Source: a phage
Length of the DNA stretch: 64,000 nucleotides
Reading direction: 5' to 3' (one strand)
Sequence record: PV419677.1
Part shown: positions 54,472 through 63,835 of the stretch, one piece after another
Layout: every line of letters begins with the position of its first letter
How positions within the stretch are numbered: position 1 is the first letter of the stretch
The notes under the pieces: model-generated
Seen by the model: only the letters and a program-made list of their open reading frames with translations
Database searches by the model: none
What the model was told of the DNA's origin: nothing
Made by a program: the position numbers and the translations under genes

Positions 54472-55167
54472 TTAATCTTGGAATTCGTGGCTAGAGCCTT
54501 GTTCCATCGCAATCACATAGCTTGCTTGTGTGCCTTCAAACTTCGTAGCAAATTTATCATCTTTCGCCCAAAGCATAACACGGTAATCAGCCGGAATCAT
54601 TTTCATGTTCAGTTTGTTAATGATAAATTTAAACGCTGCATCGCCTTCGTAGTCGCCACATACCAGGGAATACAATGGACGTGCTAATTCTTTATCTTCG
54701 AGCTGGTTATAACCATGGATAACAATCTTACCGTCTTTGTTGGTGATTGCAAAGGTGTCCAGAGACAAACCACCAGCCACACGCAGAAGCTGCTGCAGGT
54801 CACTACCTTTCAGGTCGAAAATAACCTTAGCTACCGGGAAAGGAATCTTTTTAGCAGGGAACACGATAGTGCTCGGGTCTGCAGCTGGCCAGTGAATCGT
54901 TGAACGTTGGTCTTTGATAATGATGTTTGATGCGTCTTCAGCCAGAGATACTTCAGCTTGGTCAGTTACCAGGCCCAGGATACTTAAGAAGCCGTTCAGG
55001 TCATAAATCGCAGCTTCAAAGTCAATTGTATCATTGATTTCGGCTTCGCCATATGACGCTCCAGTTACGGAACGAGTCAGGATGGTATTACCTGGCTTAA
55101 GCATAATGCCAGAGTAAATGGAAGTAAAGTTTTTCAATACCGCGATTGTGTCCTTTGAGAATTTCAT
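54472..55167 (-). CDS. 45: sliding clamp gp45
   Basis: 231 aa (T4 228 aa); N-terminus MKFSKDTIAVLKNF...IYDLNGFL matches recalled gp45. Confidence 0.9.
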   Translation of the reverse strand: MKFSKDTIAVLKNFTSIYSGIMLKPGNTILTRSVTGASYGEAEINDTIDFEAAIYDLNGFLSILGLVTDQAEVSLAEDASNIIIKDQRSTIHWPAADPSTIVFPAKKIPFPVAKVIFDLKGSDLQQLLRVAGGLSLDTFAITNKDGKIVIHGYNQLEDKELARPLYSLVCGDYEGDAAFKFIINKLNMKMIPADYRVMLWAKDDKFATKFEGTQASYVIAMEQGSSHEFQD

Positions 55168-55232
55168 GTAATTACCTTTTATTCAATATTCAGTTAATGA
55201 GAATTAATTATACAACGTTTATTAACGTGCAG

Positions 55233-55658
55233 TTAAGCAATAACTGTCATTTGTTTGCGGATAGCTTCCGGAAGAGATTCAATATACTCTGGAAGTTGCG
55301 CAGCAATAATAGAACCAGCTTGCACCAGATGGTCGTCAGAGTTAACGCAATAATCATCTTCAAGACGTTCGGAACCGTCACGGTCGATAACCAGTTTAGC
55401 ACCAGCAGCCAGTGAATCGTTGTAGTGATTGCGCATCAGTTCAATCCACTTATCAGATACATCAGCATCGATAACACCATACAACATGAATTTAACTTCT
55501 TGAGGAAGTGATTTCAAACGGGTGGCAGATACTTCATCACACGCCAGGACCCAGGATTTACGGATGCGGTTTTGGTTATGTGGGTTAGCGTCAGTGCGGA
55601 TGGTTTTAACTTGGATATCTTTAGCAGTTACGTTGTTCATAATATTCTCTCTATTCAA
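55233..55658 (-). CDS. rpbA: probable RNA polymerase-binding protein RpbA
   Basis: 141 aa; position directly downstream of 45 as in T4; synteny-based. Confidence 0.5.
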   Translation of the reverse strand: MNRENIMNNVTAKDIQVKTIRTDANPHNQNRIRKSWVLACDEVSATRLKSLPQEVKFMLYGVIDADVSDKWIELMRNHYNDSLAAGAKLVIDRDGSERLEDDYCVNSDDHLVQAGSIIAAQLPEYIESLPEAIRKQMTVIA

Positions 55659-55663
55659 TTCAA

Positions 55664-55882
55664 TTAATCAAAGTATTCATATGCGAACCAGGCATTGTGT
55701 CTGTTCGCGATTATTTTAACATATTCTTCACCGAAAGCGTTTTGCAAGTCACGTTCAGTGACAAGGTGTTCATCTTTCGAAAAGGTATTAACTAACACAT
55801 ACCGTTTAATTTCAGGGACAGCCAGTAAATGCTGCCCGGTTAAAAAATTGCTCATAAATAATATTATCCGTTGCAGTATCAA
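55664..55882 (-). CDS. hypothetical protein
   Basis: 72 aa. Confidence 0.4.
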   Translation of the reverse strand: MILQRIILFMSNFLTGQHLLAVPEIKRYVLVNTFSKDEHLVTERDLQNAFGEEYVKIIANRHNAWFAYEYFD

Positions 55883-55895
55883 ACAAGGGTCTGAT

Positions 55896-56612
55896 ATGAA
55901 TTATAACATCATTTACCAAAAGCTTATTAGCAGAGCATTGAATCGCAAATTAACCACATACTCTGAAAGCCATCACATTATACCCCGTTGTATGGGTGGG
56001 GCTGACGACGCTTCAAATCTTGTTGATTTAACTCCCGAGGAACATTTCGTTTGCCATCAACTGTTGGTCAAAATGCATCCAAATAACGCTTCTTTGGTCT
56101 ATGCCGCGCGCATGATGACAGTTTCTGCACCAAATGCCGACAGAAGCAAAAATAAATTATTTGGATGGCTTCGTCGTAAAAACTTGGAAGCTCAACAAAA
56201 TAAAATTTTCTCCGATGAAACCAGAAAGAAAATGTCAGAATCCGCCAAATTAAAACCGAGAGTCGAATGTCCACACTGTGGAAAAACCGGTCTCGCTGGC
56301 AATATGAATCGTTGGCATTTTGATAACTGTTCCAAAGGTCCAAACAAGGTTGTTCATACTATTCCGGAAAAGCAAAAGCAAAAAATTTCAGTAGGTTTAA
56401 AACAAGCTAAACATGAAATTTTAAATTGTGAATTTTGCGGGCTTGAAGGTAAAAAGTGTGTTATATCCACTCACCGACAATTCTGCAAATCCAATCCAAA
56501 CCGGAAGAAAAAGGTGGACCCCAAAATTCAGTGTCCACACTGTAATGTAGTCAGTACGCCAGCTAATATGAAACGTTGGCATTTTGATAACTGCAAAATG
56601 AAGCCTCAATAA
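55896..56612 (+). CDS. HNH homing endonuclease with two C-terminal zinc fingers (mob-like)
   Basis: 238 aa from ATG at 55896; HNH core SHHIIPRCMGG...NLVDLTPEEHFVCH; two CPHCG...RWHFDNC fingers; plus strand amid minus-strand genes. Confidence 0.75.
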   Translation: MNYNIIYQKLISRALNRKLTTYSESHHIIPRCMGGADDASNLVDLTPEEHFVCHQLLVKMHPNNASLVYAARMMTVSAPNADRSKNKLFGWLRRKNLEAQQNKIFSDETRKKMSESAKLKPRVECPHCGKTGLAGNMNRWHFDNCSKGPNKVVHTIPEKQKQKISVGLKQAKHEILNCEFCGLEGKKCVISTHRQFCKSNPNRKKKVDPKIQCPHCNVVSTPANMKRWHFDNCKMKPQ

Positions 56613-56617
56613 GAGGC

Positions 56618-58312
56618 TCATTCCAGAACAGTAAATCGACCGACTTTTTTCATTTGAAGATGCTGTCCATATGCTTCTGGGTCATGGTCTCGGTGACTGA
56701 TGATAAACACGTTTTGACCTTCCAATTTATTGATAATTGCCTGGATAGCTTTGATGCCTTCGGCGTCAGTGGCTGAATCCATGACCTCATCCAGAATCAA
56801 CGTACTAATTTGCACACCAGATACTTTCGCAGCAATATCGCGCCATGTAAACAGCAATGCAATATCTATACGAGCTTTTTCACCCTGGCTAAATGATGCA
56901 TAGCTAAAGTCTTCACGTCCACGAGATTTAATCGTTTCGTTGAACTCTTCATCTAACGTAAAGCTATAATCAGCTTCCATAACTTTAAGATAAGCGTTTA
57001 TCTGCTTATTAAAGATAGGAATATATTTCTTAATAATCGCGCCCTTAATACCAGAATCTTTCAACATATCCGTTAGGATACCACGTTGATATTTTTCCAT
57101 CACAAGGTCGGATTTCTGTTTGACTATTTTATCAAGCTGGTCTTGGAGCATTTTAATGTCTGCTGCATGGTCAATGAATTCCGACTTGGCTTGCTCGATT
57201 AATGCTTTAACCTTTTTAGCTTTTTCGACAGTCTGGACTAAGGTTTGTTTCTTAGTTTGAATGTCTTGAGCTATTGTACGCTGGTTTTGTCTTGCCTTGG
57301 TATACGCATCAAATTGCTCCTGAACAACATTCTGGCGAGCTTTATGCTTATCAGCCGAAGCATTACATTCTTCAATCTTTGACTCAATCCTGGCGACAAT
57401 AGGGTCTCCTGGATGCAACTGACTGGCACAGGTCTGACAACAACCACCTTTCTCGTACAGACCAACAACCTTTCGATAATCGTCAATCTTCGACTTAATC
57501 AGGAATGATTCTTGCTTTAACTTCGTGAGTTCATGCTCAGGGTCTTCTCCCAAGATTATCTCGGTCAGTCTTGTCGTTGCTTCTTCGATAGTTGTCTTGA
57601 TTCCACGTGCTTCTGTGGCAAGTTCATCATACATCGTTTGCAGTCGCAACAGATTATCGCCTGACAATTTTCTTTGACGGTCTTCGTTGTCCTGATAGAT
57701 TTTAATCTGTTGAACAATACCATCATGCTGCACATCCATCACCTGGATTTGGCTATTGACTTCGCGGATAAGAGATTTGTTCAACTTATCCATATCGGCC
57801 AGTACAGAAACCTCTAAAAGGTCTTCGACAAGCTTTCTTCTGGCAGGAGTGGATAGGCCCATAAAAGGGGTATATCCAGCTGTGCCGAGTACGACAATTT
57901 GTTTGAAACTGGCGTATGACATTCCGATAAGCTGTTCAAATTCCGCTTGGAAGTCTTTACTGCTGGCAGATTCATCAAGACGTTTACCGCCACAAGAGAT
58001 TTCAAAAACATTGGGTTTTTGCCCGCGTTTGATATAGTATTCTTTTCCATCATATTCCATCCACAATTCAACGAGCATATCTTTTTTGTTGCTCGAGTTA
58101 ATCAGCTGACCTTTCTTTACATCACGGAAAGGCTTACCGAACATAGCAAAGGTAACCGCTTCAAGGAACGTAGATTTACCTGCGCCATTCTTGCCGGTGA
58201 CCAGAGTTTTCTGAACTTTATCCAGTTCAACAGTAATCGGTTGAGCACCAACCGACATAATATTTTTATAGATAACTTTCTTAAGCTTAAAAGTCTTCAT
58301 CGTAATAAGCAT
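56618..58312 (-). CDS. 46: recombination endonuclease subunit gp46 (Rad50-like)
   Basis: 564 aa (T4 560 aa); Walker A GKNGAGKST. Confidence 0.9.
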   Translation of the reverse strand: MLITMKTFKLKKVIYKNIMSVGAQPITVELDKVQKTLVTGKNGAGKSTFLEAVTFAMFGKPFRDVKKGQLINSSNKKDMLVELWMEYDGKEYYIKRGQKPNVFEISCGGKRLDESASSKDFQAEFEQLIGMSYASFKQIVVLGTAGYTPFMGLSTPARRKLVEDLLEVSVLADMDKLNKSLIREVNSQIQVMDVQHDGIVQQIKIYQDNEDRQRKLSGDNLLRLQTMYDELATEARGIKTTIEEATTRLTEIILGEDPEHELTKLKQESFLIKSKIDDYRKVVGLYEKGGCCQTCASQLHPGDPIVARIESKIEECNASADKHKARQNVVQEQFDAYTKARQNQRTIAQDIQTKKQTLVQTVEKAKKVKALIEQAKSEFIDHAADIKMLQDQLDKIVKQKSDLVMEKYQRGILTDMLKDSGIKGAIIKKYIPIFNKQINAYLKVMEADYSFTLDEEFNETIKSRGREDFSYASFSQGEKARIDIALLFTWRDIAAKVSGVQISTLILDEVMDSATDAEGIKAIQAIINKLEGQNVFIISHRDHDPEAYGQHLQMKKVGRFTVLE

Positions 58313-58550
58313 CCTTGATGCATGATTCAGCCATATGAATTAATGTCTCTGGAGTATCATCTTCCATTACATTAAAACTAAATTCTACGGCCCAATCGGT
58401 GACTACATAGACTTTGATAAGTTGACCGGTTTCCCGGTCAGTGATAGCTTCAAACCAATACTTAATAGTATTTGGTTGATTATCGTCGTCAACCACATCA
58501 CATTCGCGGATATGTTCAAGCCCCGCTTCATTAAAATCATAAAGTCTCAC
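58287..58550 (-). CDS. hypothetical protein
   Basis: 87 aa between 47 and 46. Confidence 0.45.
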   Translation of the reverse strand: MRLYDFNEAGLEHIRECDVVDDDNQPNTIKYWFEAITDRETGQLIKVYVVTDWAVEFSFNVMEDDTPETLIHMAESCIKDAYYDEDF

Positions 58551-59566
58551 GGTTGCACCTCAAGATATAATTTGTTGGCCAATGCTTTAAGAGCTTTTGA
58601 TTCTTTCTCATTGGTGTCAGGTAATGCATCAATATATTCTGCCATCATATCAGTTAAGCGTTTTATGTCTAACTCTTCTTCGGAGTCAGTCGTATCAACA
58701 CTGTTATCAACCTTATTGACAACACGCAATTCATGTACACGCTTTTCTAATTCAGATTCGAACTTGGTCAGGTCTTTATCGACTTTTTCTACAATAACAC
58801 GGACTGATAAGTCTTTGAAGTCGTCGTAGTTAATAGTTTCGTTTGGATAGAAAATCTTCCGATGCCAGGTGGTTTCATTCGGAATAAATTTCATCTCTTC
58901 GGTTTCTGTATCAAATTCCCAGAATCCGCGCGGGTCATTCTCATCACCTGCTGTTAATGTCCATGGTGTCCCGATGTACTTAACGTTTGCAGCTTCTGAA
59001 ATGGTATGAAAGTGACCAGACCAAACTTGCTTGTACTTCTTAAGGAAATCAGGCTCAAGCCCGTGGGATTTCAATCCTTTATAGAAATAAAACCCGGTTA
59101 ATTCCCAGTGACCGATGCAATATTCAGCCCCAGAAGTTTTGATGTGTTGATGAATGTCAGTTGCGTTCTCGTCGCACATCCATGGAATCATATCAATCTG
59201 GCAACCGTCAAAATCAACAGTCGTTGGCTTATCATAGATTTTAACATGGTCATACTTATTCAGGAGTTCAGTGATAGCATTAGGATGAATCTTATTCTTC
59301 AGATTCATGTCATGGTTCCCGACTATCGTGTGCATAGTAATTCCTGCTTCACGAAGGAGTTCCATAATCTCACGGCTGAATTCCATTGTCTTATGCGTTA
59401 CGGCCTTACGGACGTCAAAAATATCACCATATTGAATCCAGACTTTAATCCCATTCGCTTTGGAATATGCAATCGCCTGTAAAATACCATCGCGTTGAAT
59501 GTTTTGAGCCCATGGGTCGTCAGCTTTGACACCCAAGTGCCAATCACCTAAATTTAAAATTTTCAT
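58547..59566 (-). CDS. 47: recombination endonuclease subunit gp47 (Mre11-like)
   Basis: 339 aa from ATG at 59566, same length as T4 gp47; phosphoesterase motifs LGDWHLG, GNHD. Confidence 0.9.
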   Translation of the reverse strand: MKILNLGDWHLGVKADDPWAQNIQRDGILQAIAYSKANGIKVWIQYGDIFDVRKAVTHKTMEFSREIMELLREAGITMHTIVGNHDMNLKNKIHPNAITELLNKYDHVKIYDKPTTVDFDGCQIDMIPWMCDENATDIHQHIKTSGAEYCIGHWELTGFYFYKGLKSHGLEPDFLKKYKQVWSGHFHTISEAANVKYIGTPWTLTAGDENDPRGFWEFDTETEEMKFIPNETTWHRKIFYPNETINYDDFKDLSVRVIVEKVDKDLTKFESELEKRVHELRVVNKVDNSVDTTDSEEELDIKRLTDMMAEYIDALPDTNEKESKALKALANKLYLEVQP

Positions 59567-59706
59567 AAGCCAAGCGCCGTTATCGCAGTGCAAAATAAAA
59601 TTATTGAAATGAACCCGTCAGGAGTAGAAAAGAATCCTATCCAACAAGCTCGTGTGAATGTGTAGAATGCCATGAATAACACGACATATCCTAAAAATAA
59701 TTCCAT
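59563..59706 (-). CDS. small membrane protein (47 aa)
   Basis: GAGGAGA Shine-Dalgarno; stop overlaps gp47 ATG (ATGA); hydrophobic. Confidence 0.4.
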   Translation of the reverse strand: MELFLGYVVLFMAFYTFTRACWIGFFSTPDGFISIILFCTAITALGL

Positions 59707-59751
59707 ATGTTCTCCTCAGTTGGTTCATTTTATCATCCCGAATATAAAGCA

Positions 59752-59783
59752 AAAAGGAAGCACTAGGCTTCCTTTCCAATTAA
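59752..59783 (-). terminator. putative rho-independent terminator
   Basis: AAGGAAGC-CUAGU-GCUUCCUU hairpin plus U-rich tail overlapping end of 57-aa ORF. Confidence 0.45.
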
Positions 59784-59936
59784 TACACCGTACAGAGGTT
59801 CGTGAGAAGACCTGAACTTGATAGGCTTATAGGTAATAGTACCTTCATTTTCTGCTTTAATGCGAGCGGCTTCAAATTGAAGTATCATCTCATTTTTGTC
59901 AGATTTAATCTTATCAAAATCCGTCGAATTCGTCAT
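59763..59936 (-). CDS. hypothetical small protein (57 aa)
   Basis: ATG with AAGAGG Shine-Dalgarno; in T4 alpha-gt slot. Confidence 0.35.
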   Translation of the reverse strand: MTNSTDFDKIKSDKNEMILQFEAARIKAENEGTITYKPIKFRSSHEPLYGVLIGKEA

Positions 59937-60017
59937 TCATAAAACCTCTTAAACTTTTTCGTATTCGTCATGCATAAGCTTAAAAATCCGGGTGTTCGTC
60001 TTCAAAGCAACCGATAT

Positions 60018-60218
60018 TCATCGCTGCCACCATTTCTTAAGTTGATGTGAATCCACCCAAACCTTGGCCACGGGCTCAATCTGAAAAATACCATCAGAAT
60101 ACTGCCCAACCATTTTATATTCGGTTTCAGTCTGCTTGATACAGATATTACCATATGAGCGAAGTCTGAAAGCGGCTCCAACAAGAAGCCGTTTAAAAGG
60201 TTTATTTACTAATGCCAT
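60018..60218 (-). CDS. hypothetical protein
   Basis: 66 aa; alternative frame ORF 60002..60184 also possible. Confidence 0.3.
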   Translation of the reverse strand: MALVNKPFKRLLVGAAFRLRSYGNICIKQTETEYKMVGQYSDGIFQIEPVAKVWVDSHQLKKWWQR

Positions 60219-60513
60219 TTACGATTTCCCAAATTTGTTTGCGAGTAGTTTCCCACATCAACTTAATCAGGTCTTCCGTAACTGGTTGGCGGTAAATTCC
60301 ACGCAGTTTAACTAAAGCATATTTGTATGCTTCAAAATTGTTTTCCAGCACTGCCCCTTGAGCATGCTTATTCAGTCGTGCAATTTCACGAGCATTCTTT
60401 TTCAGAATCTTTGCTGCTTGACTCTGTGCTTCGAGTGCGTTCGCTTCTTCGAGACGTTCCTGTGCTTCTTCAATCTGCTTATCGGTCAGTTGAGAAATAT
60501 CTGGAGCTTGCAT
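60202..60513 (-). CDS. hypothetical protein
   Basis: 103 aa, helical composition. Confidence 0.45.
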   Translation of the reverse strand: MQAPDISQLTDKQIEEAQERLEEANALEAQSQAAKILKKNAREIARLNKHAQGAVLENNFEAYKYALVKLRGIYRQPVTEDLIKLMWETTRKQIWEIVNGISK

Positions 60514-60514
60514 A

Positions 60515-60766
60515 TTAATCCTTGGGAGTTAACTCAATTGTAAAATATAGATTAGCATTATCCACATGATAACGGTAATCAACGTTATTATCCGGTGAAG
60601 TAAATTCCAGATTCCGGACGTTTAAAGGGTCGATATCAATTGGAAGACCTTTTATGTCTCGCAGATAAAGTTTAATGAAATATGGGAGCGCAGTAAAGTC
60701 TTCCTCGATTTTATCTAAAAAATCGGTAATATCAAATTGATGTTCCATATAAAAAATCCAAATCAC
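60515..60766 (-). CDS. hypothetical protein
   Basis: 83 aa. Confidence 0.4.
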   Translation of the reverse strand: MIWIFYMEHQFDITDFLDKIEEDFTALPYFIKLYLRDIKGLPIDIDPLNVRNLEFTSPDNNVDYRYHVDNANLYFTIELTPKD

Positions 60767-61289
60767 CTTCTTTATCTTTGGCGCTCTTATCAGACCCTGG
60801 CGCTTTAACTAAAGAGGATTCGTACTGTGTCATTTTGTCATAGATGTCCTGGATAAATGTTTCATCAGCCAGAGCCACCATATCGTCGTCACGTGAATCA
60901 TACACGTTGTGAACGAAGTAGCTATATTTCTTTGCCATTTCTTTACGTTCTTTTTTGATACGCTGAACGAAAGCATTGAAGCAAGCCATTGTTATGTAAG
61001 CATGTGGATTATCGTATTTTGTTTCGTCGAAGTTATGAAGACCTTTTATTGCGGCCTCAATTCCGTCTGCAATCATTTCTTGCTTCCAGGATTGGGTATA
61101 TCCGGAGAAGTTGAAACGTTTGCTAAGACCTTCGGCTATAAGCATAATTGCCAGACCAATAACATCGTTCTGGCGAATAATTTTATTCGGGTCGGTGTTC
61201 GCATTCAGCTTCTGTTTCCACTCCGAAATAGCTTTCAGAAGCTCTTTATTATTTACATAGTTATTCTTGGTTAATTTAATTTCGTTCAT
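60732..61289 (-). CDS. 55: late sigma factor gp55
   Basis: 185 aa, same length as T4 gp55; near-identical central region ...[29 protein letters not shown]... Confidence 0.95.
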   Translation of the reverse strand: MNEIKLTKNNYVNNKELLKAISEWKQKLNANTDPNKIIRQNDVIGLAIMLIAEGLSKRFNFSGYTQSWKQEMIADGIEAAIKGLHNFDETKYDNPHAYITMACFNAFVQRIKKERKEMAKKYSYFVHNVYDSRDDDMVALADETFIQDIYDKMTQYESSLVKAPGSDKSAKDKEGDLDFLYGTSI

Positions 61290-61337
61290 ATCGCCTCACT
61301 TAGTATATTAATATTATATCGTCCTTGATATAAAGCG

Positions 61338-61604
61338 TTAGCGAAGTAAACAGTAAGCCTGGAAGACCTTCTCCATAATTGCCTTAAATTCGTGGATGTC
61401 AATATAAGGGATAACCTCCGCATCACTAATGAATTCCATCAAACGGTCATGCTCGTTGCGGTATTGTCCTTCATTCAGCATACCGATATGGGACTCCCAA
61501 GAGCCATACCCTTCTGCATGCGGGAAGAATGTTATTTTCATGAATTCATCCACCCAAAATGTTCCCAGGTCCTGGATGGATATCATTGTATGATTGATGT
61601 GCAT
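61338..61604 (-). CDS. hypothetical protein
   Basis: 88 aa. Confidence 0.45.
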   Translation of the reverse strand: MHINHTMISIQDLGTFWVDEFMKITFFPHAEGYGSWESHIGMLNEGQYRNEHDRLMEFISDAEVIPYIDIHEFKAIMEKVFQAYCLLR

Positions 61605-61870
61605 CAGTATACCATCTGGGCAGCTTCTAAAACATCATCAAGCTTATCAAACTGGTCAACATAATCAATCCCACCAACTTCATCTTTAGCATACAACCAA
61701 TACTGATGGAATTCATATTCAATAATAAAGTGGTCGCCTTCAATCTGGAGGACACCAACATCATTAAATTGAACTGCATAACCCGTCAAGCGGACATCAT
61801 TCAGGAGTTCTTCTTTCATAGTAATCATTTCCAGGTTTTTCTCATAATGAGAGAGTTTAATTTTAATCAT
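61604..61870 (-). CDS. hypothetical protein
   Basis: 88 aa. Confidence 0.45.
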   Translation of the reverse strand: MIKIKLSHYEKNLEMITMKEELLNDVRLTGYAVQFNDVGVLQIEGDHFIIEYEFHQYWLYAKDEVGGIDYVDQFDKLDDVLEAAQMVY

Positions 61871-62126
61871 TTAAGTAGTCCAGGAATTCGTCTAATGTCA
61901 TGCCTTCCGCCCAAGCTTCCCAAGCATCGATTTTGGTGTACTTGGTTTTAGTACACATAGGATAGATTCTGAATTCATATCCCATTGAAATGAAATAATT
62001 TAAAGTCCTTTGTAAATAGTAACCTTGACTAATTTTATGAGCTCGGCGAATTCCATTAGCATACGTATGTTTGTATGATACTATTACCGCAACACCTTCA
62101 GGTAATTCAATAGCAGGACACATCAT
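61863..62126 (-). CDS. hypothetical protein
   Basis: 87 aa. Confidence 0.45.
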   Translation of the reverse strand: MMCPAIELPEGVAVIVSYKHTYANGIRRAHKISQGYYLQRTLNYFISMGYEFRIYPMCTKTKYTKIDAWEAWAEGMTLDEFLDYLND

Positions 62127-62449
62127 TTCGCACCCTTAATAATTTTCAGGTCAACAAAACCTTTCTTGCGCTGGGACTTCATACGCTTGATAGCTTTATC
62201 AGAAACTTCTTTGTTTTCACGCAGAAGCGGCAGACCAAACGCTACTACATCAAATTCATTCAGGATATACTGGACAAGGCTTTCACGAATACGCGCTTTA
62301 CCCATTGTCTGACCTTCTGCAATAATCAGTTTCTGTACATCGCCTTCCCACTGGTCCAGAATCTCAGGGGTAACAAAACCAGATTTCATCAGAGTGTTAA
62401 CTTTAGCAAATGCGAAATTAGCGATGATGTTAGTGATAGATGCAGTCAT
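62123..62449 (-). CDS. hypothetical protein
   Basis: 108 aa. Confidence 0.45.
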   Translation of the reverse strand: MTASITNIIANFAFAKVNTLMKSGFVTPEILDQWEGDVQKLIIAEGQTMGKARIRESLVQYILNEFDVVAFGLPLLRENKEVSDKAIKRMKSQRKKGFVDLKIIKGAK

Positions 62450-62521
62450 GATATATTCCTCAGTCTCATTAAATTAAAATTTTATTATCCTGGGGTCATT
62501 ATACCATGACCCCGTTGGTTT

Positions 62522-62719
62522 TTACTGCGCTTTAGCGCCTTTCCAGCCTTCATACATCATTGCAACGGACAAAAGCAGTGCGCCTTCGCATGCTGCGTAC
62601 TTATTATTCCAAAACCAGTTCAGAAAAACTTCATCCTCAATGCCAGAGTGTTTCATGTTCTGAAAAAATTTGGCACGTTCTTCTGCAATACGTTGTGACA
62701 ATTTAGATTGTGGATTCAT
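62522..62719 (-). CDS. hypothetical protein
   Basis: 65 aa from internal ATG; longer track ORF overlaps upstream gene. Confidence 0.35.
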   Translation of the reverse strand: MNPQSKLSQRIAEERAKFFQNMKHSGIEDEVFLNWFWNNKYAACEGALLLSVAMMYEGWKGAKAQ

Positions 62720-62726
62720 ATTTTCC

Positions 62727-63020
62727 TCAGCTATAGTAATAACAGATATTAGCTTTACGTTTGGCTGTTCGATGTGAAGTATTGTAATCCGGTTCGTCAT
62801 CCATGTAAACATCCTTTTTCAGCTTTCTCACTTCCCCGCGAGCAATTCGGTTCTGTTCGTTTTTAACTTCAGAAGAAATACCACCCATACGCTTCCATTT
62901 GTCTGAACGGAAGATATTTTCTTCAACTAAATCCTGACTTACGCCGTCTGGTGCTTTACGACGTCCGGAATAATAAAAATCTTTTACAGACAATTCTTTG
63001 CGACGAATAGTTTTACCCAT
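62727..63020 (-). CDS. hypothetical basic protein
   Basis: 97 aa; GAGGT Shine-Dalgarno; Lys/Arg-rich. Confidence 0.45.
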   Translation of the reverse strand: MGKTIRRKELSVKDFYYSGRRKAPDGVSQDLVEENIFRSDKWKRMGGISSEVKNEQNRIARGEVRKLKKDVYMDDEPDYNTSHRTAKRKANICYYYS

Positions 63021-63022
63021 AG

Positions 63023-63277
63023 TTACCTCAACAGTTTGTATCCAATAAGATTTTTAATGTACTGGATATCTTTGACATCCAAATCCAACTTAAGGTCTTT
63101 CAGACGGTCACCCAGGGTCAAAAAGGTTACATGCTTCCAATTCTTCACTGGGCAGCAATAAGTCTTAGGACCATTTGCAATTTCAATATTCTTATCAGTG
63201 ACGGTGAGAAAAATTAGGCGCTCATCATCCAGATTAAGGGTAATGATATTTTTCATTGAGTGTAATTTCAGGTTCAT
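63023..63277 (-). CDS. hypothetical protein
   Basis: 84 aa. Confidence 0.4.
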   Translation of the reverse strand: MNLKLHSMKNIITLNLDDERLIFLTVTDKNIEIANGPKTYCCPVKNWKHVTFLTLGDRLKDLKLDLDVKDIQYIKNLIGYKLLR

Positions 63278-63450
63278 AATTTAATTTCCTTAGCTATCGA
63301 ACAAAACACTCCACGGTCACAAATCATTTTAATACCAAGGTCAATTATGGTATACCACACATCCAGGCTAGATATTTCAGTTACTAAAACAGCTTTGCCG
63401 TTGATTGAATAATACTGGTTGACTTTAATTTCTTTATCATTGATAGTCAT
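63274..63450 (-). CDS. hypothetical protein
   Basis: 58 aa from ATG after conserved leader; upstream in-frame residues are translated leader. Confidence 0.35.
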   Translation of the reverse strand: MTINDKEIKVNQYYSINGKAVLVTEISSLDVWYTIIDLGIKMICDRGVFCSIAKEIKL

Positions 63451-63461
63451 TTTGTTTTCCT

Positions 63462-63512
63462 CATCAGTAGTTGATGGGATAATGATACACCGTTCAAAGG
63501 GGCTTGTACACC
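63462..63512 (-). promoter_or_regulatory. early promoter cassette (type A) with hairpins
   Basis: -35 GTGTACA in loop of AAAGGGG/CCCCUUU hairpin; leader CCUCAUCA-ACUAC-UGAUGGG. Confidence 0.5.
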
Positions 63513-63517
63513 CCTTT

Positions 63518-63835
63518 TTAATCTTCAATTAAGTCCTGGTCATACCCCAGGGATATCAGTTTTGTTTTAAAGGCAGGAATATTTGTCATTTTTTCATCAT
63601 TGACAAAAATCACTGGGTAACGAATGTTAAGGGTAGGATATCCAGCACGCTTAGCCAAAGACACGATTAAAGGTCTGTCATAAGCGATTTCAGAGCCTTG
63701 TTTGTTAAGGACTGAATAGAATGTATAAGGAAGGTTTAAGGAGCCCAGAAGGCTCCTGACGTGCATACAACCAGGGCATCGACCGACTTCTTCGGGGATA
63801 CCATAGATTTCAATCTTAGTCGAGTTTTGGCCCAC
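63518..63835 (-). CDS. glutaredoxin/thioredoxin-like protein (NrdC/NrdH family)
   Basis: 105 aa; CPGC active-site motif near N-terminus; apparent GTG start. Confidence 0.5.
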   Translation of the reverse strand: MGQNSTKIEIYGIPEEVGRCPGCMHVRSLLGSLNLPYTFYSVLNKQGSEIAYDRPLIVSLAKRAGYPTLNIRYPVIFVNDEKMTNIPAFKTKLISLGYDQDLIED

